32,000 nt of DNA from Opitutales bacterium (lineage in GTDB: Bacteria; Verrucomicrobiota; Verrucomicrobiia; Opitutales; PNEW01), in NCBI GenBank assembly GCA_965219535.1, contig CBDCNV010000001.1:1170001-1202000 (forward strand), given 5' to 3'. The number at the start of each line of letters is the position of its first letter. Position 1 is the stretch's first letter. Both the position numbers and the translations under genes were made by a program. The notes beneath the pieces were generated by a model that was given only the letters and a program-made list of their open reading frames with translations, did not search any database and had not been told where the DNA came from. Positions 1-7,881 of this stretch are shown here, piece by piece.

Positions 1-1
1 C

Positions 2-1921
2 GGGGCACTAGAACATTGGCAAGACGGCGAGCATGTCTGGGCGGTGCCTTTTGCTTATGCGACGAGGATGATTTTTTATAATAAAACGCTGTTTAGAGAT
101 AATGGATGGGAAATTCCTCAAACTTGGGATGAGCTGTTCAGCCTCTGCGACCAAGTTAAAGCGGTCAATATTGCGCCCTTCGCATTCCCGGGTGTTTACA
201 TGAGCTATGGTGATATGATTTTAAGAGCGGCCTATTACAACCTGGCTGGACCGGATGGGTATCGACGTTTTAATCTACTCGAGAAAGGGTCGCGTTCCAA
301 TCCACAATTTAAAAAAGCCGCAGGTATTCTTCAGCGGCTATCCACCCAGTATTTCCAGGAGGGTTGGGAAGGTATGAGTCACACCGGTTCCCAATTACAG
401 TTTTTTCAAAGTAATACCGCTATGATTGCCAACGGCTCATGGATGGTGAGCGAAATGTCAGGTAAAATTCCTGAGGAATTTGAGCTCGGTGCATTTAACA
501 TGCCTGTTTTCCCAGAGGGAATAGGGTCCCGGAATGCGGTCCAGGCCGGAAGTGGTTATTTCTTCCTTTTTAGTGAGGTGGAAAACAGAGATGTAACAGT
601 TGATTTTTTTCGTTTTATGACCTCACGTCGATGGGCGACAGCTTTCACCGAAAGGCGGGATTCCTCCACCGCGATCATCGGAACACCCCTCGAAAGCTAC
701 TCACCGCTAATGAATGATGTGGCAAAGATGATTGAGAATGCAACCGCTACTTTTGGTACACCCTTTGGCTCATCACCCCCTTATCCAGGGATGGCTCAAG
801 CTGAAGAAGATGCGCGGGCGATGCTCATGTATAATGAAATTACACCCGAAGAATACGGTGATTTTCTCGAGACAGCGGCAGAAAAAGAAAGGATTATTAG
901 AATTAATCCCAAACAAGTAGTCTATCGTCATACTACGGCCGGATCCCTGTTTGTTTTTATTATGGTAGCTGCTTTTGCCTACACGGTTTACCGCGAGCTT
1001 AAAGTGAGAAAAAAAGTGAAGTCGGTCAGTTATTTTCCGGGCAAGTTGAATTCGCGCTACGTGCTTTTATTCATTGGACCGGCGATGGTGATGTATCTGG
1101 TTTTTTCGATTAAACCGTCATTGGAATCATTTGTCTGGGCCTTTACGCGGTGGGATGGAATTACGGATCGTGAGTATGTGGGATTGCTGCATTTCAAAAA
1201 ACTTTTGTTTGAGAGCGATACATTCTGGAAGGCTTTAAAAAATAATTTATTCGTCATGTTTGTTCCGCCTCTCTTTGTCATTCCGATCGCGCTTTCCATT
1301 TCCTTTCTTATCAGCCGTCGGATTTGGGGCAGCAATATGTTTCGCATCTGTTTTTTCTTTCCCAATATCATGGGAGCAATCGCGATCACTCTTTTGTGGA
1401 TGAACGCTTACGATCCCCAGGGTGGCCTGGTTAATGGTGCGCTTGTCGGGCTGGGTTTTACCCAGTTTGAGAATTTTCCCTGGTTGTCACAGGAACATTT
1501 ATACTGGTCTCTCATTCCCATCGCGATATGGGGGGCCTGCGGATTTAACATGATTCTCTACCTCGCTGCGATGGAGAACGTGGATATCGCCTTATATGAT
1601 GCGGCGTCGATCGATGGTGCTTCCACCTGGCAACAGTTTTTTTTCATTACTATACCGCAGATCTGGGAAGCACTGACGATTTCCGCGGTATTCATGGTCA
1701 TCGGCGGATTAAAAACATTTGAATATATCTGGTTGCTGACCAGCCAACAGCCGACATCAAATACGCATGTTATAACCACCTACATGGTTACCACGATGTT
1801 TAAGGAATTTAAGGTTGGTCAGGCGACGGCGATCGCGGTTCTATTATTTGTCTTAGTATTCTTTGGCGCGATGCTTACTCTACGATTGATGAAACGAGAG
1901 ACATCGGAGGTCTATCAATGA
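2..1921 (+). CDS. ABC importer fusion protein: family-1 (sugar-type) solute-binding domain + MalF/UgpA-type permease domain; 5' end off-window
   Basis: The frame of ORF 44..1921 stays open back to nt 2 (GALEHWQDGEHVWAVPFAY), so the GTG at 44 is not the true start. The first ~300 aa are SBP-like (YNKTLF..TWDELF, SWMVSE). One extra TM follows (AGSLFVFIMVAAFAYTVY). Then comes a full permease with an EAA loop (YDAASIDGASTWQQFFFITIPQIW). Confidence 0.8.
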   Translation, partial: GALEHWQDGEHVWAVPFAYATRMIFYNKTLFRDNGWEIPQTWDELFSLCDQVKAVNIAPFAFPGVYMSYGDMILRAAYYNLAGPDGYRRFNLLEKGSRSNPQFKKAAGILQRLSTQYFQEGWEGMSHTGSQLQFFQSNTAMIANGSWMVSEMSGKIPEEFELGAFNMPVFPEGIGSRNAVQAGSGYFFLFSEVENRDVTVDFFRFMTSRRWATAFTERRDSSTAIIGTPLESYSPLMNDVAKMIENATATFGTPFGSSPPYPGMAQAEEDARAMLMYNEITPEEYGDFLETAAEKERIIRINPKQVVYRHTTAGSLFVFIMVAAFAYTVYRELKVRKKVKSVSYFPGKLNSRYVLLFIGPAMVMYLVFSIKPSLESFVWAFTRWDGITDREYVGLLHFKKLLFESDTFWKALKNNLFVMFVPPLFVIPIALSISFLISRRIWGSNMFRICFFFPNIMGAIAITLLWMNAYDPQGGLVNGALVGLGFTQFENFPWLSQEHLYWSLIPIAIWGACGFNMILYLAAMENVDIALYDAASIDGASTWQQFFFITIPQIWEALTISAVFMVIGGLKTFEYIWLLTSQQPTSNTHVITTYMVTTMFKEFKVGQATAIAVLLFVLVFFGAMLTLRLMKRETSEVYQ

Positions 1922-2790
1922 AAAACAGACTGGGCAAAAAGCCATTTCTTGAGCCGATTGTGAAGATGCTGATATTCAGCGTGCTCCTGTGTTATCTCAT
2001 TGTCGTTGTTTATCCTTTAATATGGATGAATTATACCGCGTTAAAAACGGACCAGGAAATATTCATGGAGCCTTTTGCGCTTCCCAGTCTGGATAATCTG
2101 CAATGGGAAAACTTCGAGCGCGCCTGGGTTGGCGCACATTTTTCGCAATATTTTCTCAATAGCGCCCTCGTAACGGCTTGCGCGCTCACTCTCTGCCTGA
2201 TGCTTGCATCGATGGCAGCCTATGCCCTGAGCCGATTTCGTATTCCCGGTGGGACGGTAATGTTTTACCTCTTTCTTTCCGGACTCATGATCCCCGTGCA
2301 ATTGTCGATCATTCCCCTCTTTTTCCAAATGCGCGAGTGGGGATTGCTTAATTCTCGCGTGGGCCTGATCCTTGTCTATATAGCTGGGGGACTGCCCTTT
2401 GCTATTTTTATCCTCGCTGGTTTTTTTAAAACATTACCCCGATCGCTTCACGAAGCCGCGCAAATTGACGGTTGTAGTGAATGGCGGATTTTCTGGAGCA
2501 TCATGTTGCCGCTCGCCCGTCCTGGTCTCGTAACGGTGGCTATATTTACCTTTCTCTCGTTCTGGAATGAGTACTTCATTGCCTACATGTTTCTATCTGG
2601 TGAAGGCAGTGAAAGTATTCGAACCCTGCCCCTGGGCCTGGCAAATATTGCGATTACATCACAATATCGCAGCGACTGGGGAGTCTGTTTTGCGGGACTC
2701 GTCTTAGTGCTCATCCCCACACTTATCTTTTATGTAATACTTCAAAGACAAATTGTTAAAGGTGTTGCCGCCGGCGCCCTTAAAGGGTGA
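1918..2790 (+). CDS. ABC sugar transporter permease (MalG/UgpE type)
   Basis: 290 aa with 6 predicted TMs and an EAA loop (AAQIDGCSEWRIFWSIMLPLARPGL). The start ATG overlaps the upstream stop (ATGA), which suggests translational coupling. Confidence 0.9.
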   Translation: MKNRLGKKPFLEPIVKMLIFSVLLCYLIVVVYPLIWMNYTALKTDQEIFMEPFALPSLDNLQWENFERAWVGAHFSQYFLNSALVTACALTLCLMLASMAAYALSRFRIPGGTVMFYLFLSGLMIPVQLSIIPLFFQMREWGLLNSRVGLILVYIAGGLPFAIFILAGFFKTLPRSLHEAAQIDGCSEWRIFWSIMLPLARPGLVTVAIFTFLSFWNEYFIAYMFLSGEGSESIRTLPLGLANIAITSQYRSDWGVCFAGLVLVLIPTLIFYVILQRQIVKGVAAGALKG

Positions 2791-2919
2791 TTATTTAAAA
2801 ACTATAGTTGTGAAGCTTTTAATGAACAGCATAATAAACTTTTAGAGAGAGTAACTTATCAAACGGGAATATATTCACCAAACATAATAATTAAATTTTC
2901 CTTAACCTGAAAGGAAGCG

Positions 2920-3642
2920 ATGTCAGTAGCAGAAAATAATGAAGTCCTTTTGACTAAACATACACGAAGAGAATTTCGGGAGAGAATGCAGAGCGGTGAA
3001 CTGAAAGCATGTATTATCCCTGTAGCCGCTACCGAGCAGCACCTTGAACATTTATCCATGGAGCATGATTGGCGGAGCGTCATGCATATTTCTGTGGAAG
3101 TTGCTAAACGTCTCCAACCGCAAGTATTGGTCGCGCCCTCAATGAGCATTGGGATCAGCGAACATCACATGCGGCATATTGGAACCTTGACCGCACTACC
3201 TGGAAGTTGGTTGGGGGTGTTGTTTGATACTATACGCAGTATGAACGACGCCGGGTTTACCAATATACTCGTGCTCAATGGCCATGGGGGAAATGTTGCC
3301 CCCTGCGAGGGAATGTGGGGACAATATCTCCAGCGGCTTGAGATAAACCTCACCTTTGTTCCCTATTGGGACTTTCTCTCTAAAGATGTCGCCGATGCAA
3401 ATTTAAAGACCAAGCGGTACCCGGGACATGCTCAGGAATTTGAAACCGCTTTTGCCCTCGCCGTTTTTCCCGAGAATGTACGTCACGACGCGATGCAGGA
3501 GCAGGAGGATAAAGAACCGCTCGAAGCAACGGCCGAAGCGGGTGCCGCGATGATAGAATCGATCGTTGAAAATACCGCTCAATTTGTCGCCGGTATGATT
3601 GACGGCACTAACGTTGAAGAAATCCCCGAGTTTCATCCTTAA
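2920..3642 (+). CDS. creatininase-family amidohydrolase
   Basis: PVAATEQHLEHLSMEHD and VLNGHGGN resemble the creatininase-family metal-binding segments. AGGAAG lies just upstream of the ATG. Confidence 0.7.
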   Translation: MSVAENNEVLLTKHTRREFRERMQSGELKACIIPVAATEQHLEHLSMEHDWRSVMHISVEVAKRLQPQVLVAPSMSIGISEHHMRHIGTLTALPGSWLGVLFDTIRSMNDAGFTNILVLNGHGGNVAPCEGMWGQYLQRLEINLTFVPYWDFLSKDVADANLKTKRYPGHAQEFETAFALAVFPENVRHDAMQEQEDKEPLEATAEAGAAMIESIVENTAQFVAGMIDGTNVEEIPEFHP

Positions 3643-3662
3643 TTCATTCAGGAGATAATACA

Positions 3663-4928
3663 ATGCCCGGAAATTTAAAAATAACCGATGTCGAACGCAT
3701 CGTTGTCGCAGTGCCGTTTACTCCGCGTTGCGAAAAATGGAATGCCCGCGAAGTCTATCAGTGGCGGATCACTGAAATCATTCGTTTATCTACTGACTCC
3801 CCTGACATCGTCGGATTCGGTGAAACGATAATACACTATACCTGGAGCTGTGTTCCCGATGAAGCAATCGAGCGAGTGAAGGGTGGCAATCCCGCTGATT
3901 TCCTAGGGGATGATTCGCTTGGGGCGGGCCTGCAAATGGCAATGTATGACGTCGTGGGTAAAGCACTGGGTGTCCCCGCCTACCGCCTTTTTGGCTTACA
4001 CCGTGTCCGAGAATGGTGCCCCATTTCCTGGTGGAATATCGATTTTCCACCCGAAGAATTTGCGGCCGAAGCAAAGGAGGCTTTAGAGCACGGCTATACT
4101 TCTTATAAGATCAAGGCACGCCCCTGGTGGGATGTCTATGAGCAAGTGAAGGCAATCAGTAAAGTATCCCCTCACTATTTTGAACTCGATCTCGATTGGA
4201 ATCAGATGCTGCTAAATGCCGGTAATGCTACACCAGTCTTAACGGAGCTCGACGAATTTGAACGCATTGCTATTTATGAGTCACCTATTATGCAGCACGA
4301 CATTGAAGGGCATCATCAATTGCGGCAAAAAATAAAGCATCCGATCGCCCTTCATTTTGCCAATCCACCCTTTCCCAGCGTTGTTCGCGATGAAGTGTGT
4401 GATGGATTTGTCATTGGCGGTGGTGTAGAGAGGGTGATGCGAGAAGGCCAGCTGAGCGAGGCTTTTGAAAAACCTTTTTGGTTACAGTTGGTGGGGACCG
4501 GTTTGACAACGACTTTGGCATTGCATCTCGGCGCGGTGCTGAAGTTTGCCCAGTGGCCGGCGGTGAATTGTCTGAATAATTACGCCGATGATCTTCTTGT
4601 TGAACCCTTGACGATACAAGGCGGTTACGCGCGTGTGCCGGATGGACCGGGACTGGGAATCGAAATTGATGAAGAGGCGCTTACTCGATATAAGATGGAA
4701 CCACCTTATAAACTTCCTGTGCCGCGACAGATTCTCTCGGTAATCTGGAGTAGTGGTCATGTGCGCCATTATTCTGACATGACGCAATGCAGAAATGACG
4801 CTCTCGCTGGCAATGTTCCCGCTCAAGAACGTGGCGTGAAAATGGATGTAAAACCTGACGATGGATCAAAAGATTGGGCGGAGCTCTATGCGAGGACCGA
4901 GTGCGGGCCCGTTATAGATAAACTTTAA
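3663..4928 (+). CDS. enolase-superfamily enzyme (mandelate racemase/muconate lactonizing family)
   Basis: KxK motif (SYKIKARPWW) and metal-ligand-like segments (ELDLDWNQ, IAIYESP). AGGAG lies upstream, 20 nt after the previous stop. Confidence 0.75.
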   Translation: MPGNLKITDVERIVVAVPFTPRCEKWNAREVYQWRITEIIRLSTDSPDIVGFGETIIHYTWSCVPDEAIERVKGGNPADFLGDDSLGAGLQMAMYDVVGKALGVPAYRLFGLHRVREWCPISWWNIDFPPEEFAAEAKEALEHGYTSYKIKARPWWDVYEQVKAISKVSPHYFELDLDWNQMLLNAGNATPVLTELDEFERIAIYESPIMQHDIEGHHQLRQKIKHPIALHFANPPFPSVVRDEVCDGFVIGGGVERVMREGQLSEAFEKPFWLQLVGTGLTTTLALHLGAVLKFAQWPAVNCLNNYADDLLVEPLTIQGGYARVPDGPGLGIEIDEEALTRYKMEPPYKLPVPRQILSVIWSSGHVRHYSDMTQCRNDALAGNVPAQERGVKMDVKPDDGSKDWAELYARTECGPVIDKL

Positions 4929-4945
4929 AAGGAAGGAATGGGTCA

Positions 4946-5599
4946 ATGATTAATCTATCCAAGTACCGCATCATAGATCTATCACACGAATTAATTCCCA
5001 GTGAACAGAAGACGGATGGGCACCATCGACACGGGAAACCCATTAATGGACGTCCTGTTGAGCTCTCCGAGTTTTTTCATTCAGATGACAATGCTCGCAT
5101 GCATTTTATCAGGAGCCAGACTCATAACGGAACGCACGTCGAAGCTTCCTATAAATTTTCGGAGACCGGTGCGGATCTCGCCTCAATGCCGATTGAAACT
5201 TACCTGGGAGAAGCCGTGGCCTGTAACTTTACAGAGAAAGCGGGTCAACCCCTTACTCCGACCGATTTTAAAAATGCTGGCGTAAAGCAAAATGACATTG
5301 TCCTTGCGTGGAGCAGCCCGGACGGAGCCTATCTGACATTTGAAACGGTCGACTGGCTCGTAGAAACAGGAATAAAGGCATTAGGATTAGAAAACATATC
5401 GCTCGCTCCACCGGGGACTCCCTTGGACCAGGCGCCGACTCCGGATGCCAAACTCTTACTCGCTGGAATCGGGTTTATCGACAATGGAAGAGGTTTTGAT
5501 CAAATTACTAAACCACGTGTTTTTTTTATCGGTCTTCCCGTCAGAATGCGACGCGCCACCGCTTTCTGGACTCGAGCAATAGTCCTCGAAGAGATATAA
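4946..5599 (+). CDS. cyclase-family protein (kynurenine formamidase-like), divergent
   Basis: THNGTHVEA resembles the HxGTHxDxPxH cyclase motif but is degenerate (E for D, distal H missing). AGGAAGG SD; 17-nt gap to the upstream gene. Confidence 0.6.
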   Translation: MINLSKYRIIDLSHELIPSEQKTDGHHRHGKPINGRPVELSEFFHSDDNARMHFIRSQTHNGTHVEASYKFSETGADLASMPIETYLGEAVACNFTEKAGQPLTPTDFKNAGVKQNDIVLAWSSPDGAYLTFETVDWLVETGIKALGLENISLAPPGTPLDQAPTPDAKLLLAGIGFIDNGRGFDQITKPRVFFIGLPVRMRRATAFWTRAIVLEEI

Positions 5600-5632
5600 A
5601 AAGCGCGGTAATATATTTCAATTTACGATTGC

Positions 5633-5770
5633 GGAATTTCGATTGTCGATTGATTCTCTTTGTCATCGCGAGGCTGCTTGTCAGCCGTGGCGATCCAGGG
5701 GAATGTCGAACGCATATTGTTAGCCCCCTGGATTGCCGCAGTCGGCTACGCCTCCCTCGCAATGACAAGA
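5633..5770. repeat. ~135-bp imperfect palindromic element, copy A (TTGTCATCGCGAGG ... CCTCGCAATGACAA, inner ATCCAGGGG/CCCCTGGAT)
   Basis: The reverse complement aligns base for base with 22729..22865, except for the flipped 23-nt centre. Confidence 0.9.
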
Positions 5771-5878
5771 GAGAATGCAGGATGGCCAGACAATCGGAAA
5801 ACCTGAAAACCGGATTAATGAAATTTTCAAGATGCAAGAAATTCGTAGAAATTCACGCATCATCGCATTCACACATTT

Positions 5879-5903
5879 CCTTTTGACTTTTTGACCTTTT
5901 GAC
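5879..5903. repeat. (CTTTTGAC)3 simple-repeat arm ending 6 nt before the sixA start
   Basis: ccttttgactttttgaccttttgac, then TGATAT, then ATG at 5910. Confidence 0.9.
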
Positions 5904-5909
5904 TGATAT

Positions 5910-6374
5910 ATGCGCTTATACTTGGTCCAACACGGCGAGGCAAAATCGAAAGAGGAAGACCCTGATCGGGGACTTACTGATAAGGGTATTCGTGATGTTG
6001 AAAAAGTAGCTGTCGCCCTAAAATCATTAGGCCTGAGAATCGACAGTCTTTGGCACAGTGGTAATACGCGCGCGCGCCATACAGCCGAGATTTTACATCC
6101 ATCGATTGCCTCGTCGTGCGAATTAATCGAGCGTGATGGATTATCCCCCAATGATCCGGTAGGAGATATGAAACAGGTGATAGAAGAGGGTGGAGCCGAC
6201 ATTATGATCGTTGGGCATTTACCTTTTCTAAATAGACTTGCGGCACTGCTCGTAACCGGCGACGAAAATTTGGATGTTGTTACCTTTCAAAACGGCGGAA
6301 TTCTCTGCCATGAATACCGGGAAATTGACAATTGGTCTATTGCTTGGATGATTGTTCCGGAAGTTTTAGAATAG
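5910..6374 (+). CDS. sixA: phosphohistidine phosphatase SixA-like (histidine phosphatase superfamily)
   Basis: 154 aa. N-terminus is MRLYLVQHGEA (QHG variant of the RHG motif), with VGHLPFL near the C-terminal half. Size and layout are typical of SixA. Confidence 0.75.
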   Translation: MRLYLVQHGEAKSKEEDPDRGLTDKGIRDVEKVAVALKSLGLRIDSLWHSGNTRARHTAEILHPSIASSCELIERDGLSPNDPVGDMKQVIEEGGADIMIVGHLPFLNRLAALLVTGDENLDVVTFQNGGILCHEYREIDNWSIAWMIVPEVLE

Positions 6375-6449
6375 GTCAAAGGTACTGGTCAAAAAGTCAA
6401 AAGGCCAAAGCTAAATAACATACACGCATTTCCTTTTTGACCTTTTGAC
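6375..6449. repeat. complete GTCAAAAG/CTTTTGAC hairpin cassette filling the whole intergenic spacer
   Basis: GTCAAAGG starts at the nucleotide after the TAG stop (6372-6374). The right arm CCTTTTTGACCTTTTGAC ends 6 nt before the ATG at 6456. Confidence 0.9.
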
Positions 6450-6455
6450 TAATAC

Positions 6456-7277
6456 ATGCACTACGGCATCAGCACTCTGATTGTGCAAGGTGAAGACTTG
6501 GAACCCGGTCTCCAAAGAATAAAGGATGCGGGTTTTAATGAGATTGAGTTGTTATGGGATCCCCCACATTTCAACGCGAGCGAGCACTCGACGAATGCGG
6601 TGCAAGCGCTTATGAAGCGTCTGGATCTTTCGATGCGCGTCGGTCACAGCCCTATTACTGATATCGATTTGGCCTCTCTCAATAAGGAAAAAAGAAAAGC
6701 TTCGATTGAAGTGATAGCCCGATCGTTTACGGTGTTCAAGGAGCTGGGAGCTGAATCGGTTGTTGTGCACGTCAATGGCTATTCGCTTGATTATACCGAA
6801 GAAAATCGAAATGCGAGCACAGTGAATTCTAGAGAATCCATTCTCGCGTTGGTTGACAGCGCATCTGATGCGGGAATCAAGATGGCATTGGAAAATCTGC
6901 CGCATCGCGGGACATCGAGGCCCTTTCATTCGATGGAAGAACTGCAAGCTTTAATAGTGGACATGCCCAGGGAACATGTAGGCTTATGTCTCGATACTAC
7001 TCACGCCAGGTTCGCGGGACATGATCCGCTGCAGCAGTTAAACGTGGCCGCAGATAGATTGTTCACTTTACATTTGCATGATACGGACGGAGACGGCGAT
7101 CGTCATTGGGTGCCGGGGAGGGGTATCATTGACTGGGACGCGTTTATCGACAGATTGTCAGTATTGAATTTTACGGGTTCAAGGACACTTGAAGTACAAT
7201 CCACTCCAACGACAAGCGATGGCGTACTTAAAGCGTGTTTTAGTGTAGCCAAAAACTGGGAGTCACGCTATACGTAG
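6456..7277 (+). CDS. sugar phosphate isomerase/epimerase (xylose isomerase-like TIM barrel)
   Basis: VVVHVNG, ALENLPH and TLHLHDTDGDGDRH match the metal-binding layout of AP endonuclease 2/xylose isomerase-like TIM barrels. Confidence 0.8.
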   Translation: MHYGISTLIVQGEDLEPGLQRIKDAGFNEIELLWDPPHFNASEHSTNAVQALMKRLDLSMRVGHSPITDIDLASLNKEKRKASIEVIARSFTVFKELGAESVVVHVNGYSLDYTEENRNASTVNSRESILALVDSASDAGIKMALENLPHRGTSRPFHSMEELQALIVDMPREHVGLCLDTTHARFAGHDPLQQLNVAADRLFTLHLHDTDGDGDRHWVPGRGIIDWDAFIDRLSVLNFTGSRTLEVQSTPTTSDGVLKACFSVAKNWESRYT

Positions 7278-7288
7278 GGGTTATAAAA

Positions 7289-7711
7289 ATGGAGAACGAA
7301 AAGCTGTATATAAAAATTTTCATCGGGGGTTTGGCGTTTCCAGCAACTCTTCTCCCTTTTGTTTATTCCCTTTTGATATTTTCAGGTCATAGCGCAGCAA
7401 TGACTATTCCCCTCCAATTCATTCCCCATTTTTTACCCATTCTTTTCGGGTTATGGAATATGCTTTATTTTGCGATAGGAGAGAAATGTCCGATAAAGAA
7501 TAGAAGTATACGATTATGGGTGTGGGGTGCGCTACTTGGTTTCATCGCGGCATTGATCGGCGTGTTTATGATCGGCTTACCTGAATTACTGTTTGGTCTA
7601 ACGGGTGCGTTACAATACCTGCCCCTCATTATCATCCCCATTTTATATGGTTTCATTTGGAGATATATCGTAGGCGCAATAAATGATTTACTCGGCTTGC
7701 AGGAGTGGTGA
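7289..7711 (+). CDS. small integral membrane protein (4 TM), unknown function
   Basis: 140 aa with four hydrophobic helices. It starts 11 nt after the upstream stop, with AGGGG upstream. Confidence 0.55.
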   Translation: MENEKLYIKIFIGGLAFPATLLPFVYSLLIFSGHSAAMTIPLQFIPHFLPILFGLWNMLYFAIGEKCPIKNRSIRLWVWGALLGFIAALIGVFMIGLPELLFGLTGALQYLPLIIIPILYGFIWRYIVGAINDLLGLQEW

Positions 7712-7724
7712 GGAGAGACATCCT

Positions 7725-7810
7725 GTTCCGAGTTCCGCAGACGTGGAACGACATCTACCAAACCGGAAAGCCGGAAGGCCAGTTCCGAGTTCCGCTGTCG
7801 CGGAACGACA
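7725..7810. repeat. two direct 29-nt copies of GTTCCGAGTTCCGC-NNNN-GYGGAACGACA (each a small hairpin)
   Basis: Copies at 7725..7753 and 7782..7810, 25/29 identical, directly after the 7289..7711 stop. Confidence 0.85.
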
Positions 7811-7881
7811 AGTGAAGGGACGCACTCTGTTACGTCCGATTTAATAATTTGTAATGGACGAAGACGAAGATTTATTGTCCT

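Noticed and set aside
5629-5886. ORFs lying inside repeat elements (5629..5886, 9664..9882, 20240..20422, 22633..22848, 24261..24554, 31556..31924)
   Set aside because: Each is co-extensive with a palindromic or dispersed repeat. Their similar peptides (VIARLLVSRGDP.., CHCEE.., SPRWG..) come from repeat copies in both orientations. They have no SD and no coding-like context.
5879-5903. TTGAC-containing arms considered as sigma70 -35 boxes, or the 6-nt spacers as -10 boxes
   Set aside because: The geometry fails. A -10 box at the 6-nt spacer would place the TSS downstream of the start codon. TTGAC-to-spacer distances are 7 or 15 nt and are inconsistent between loci.
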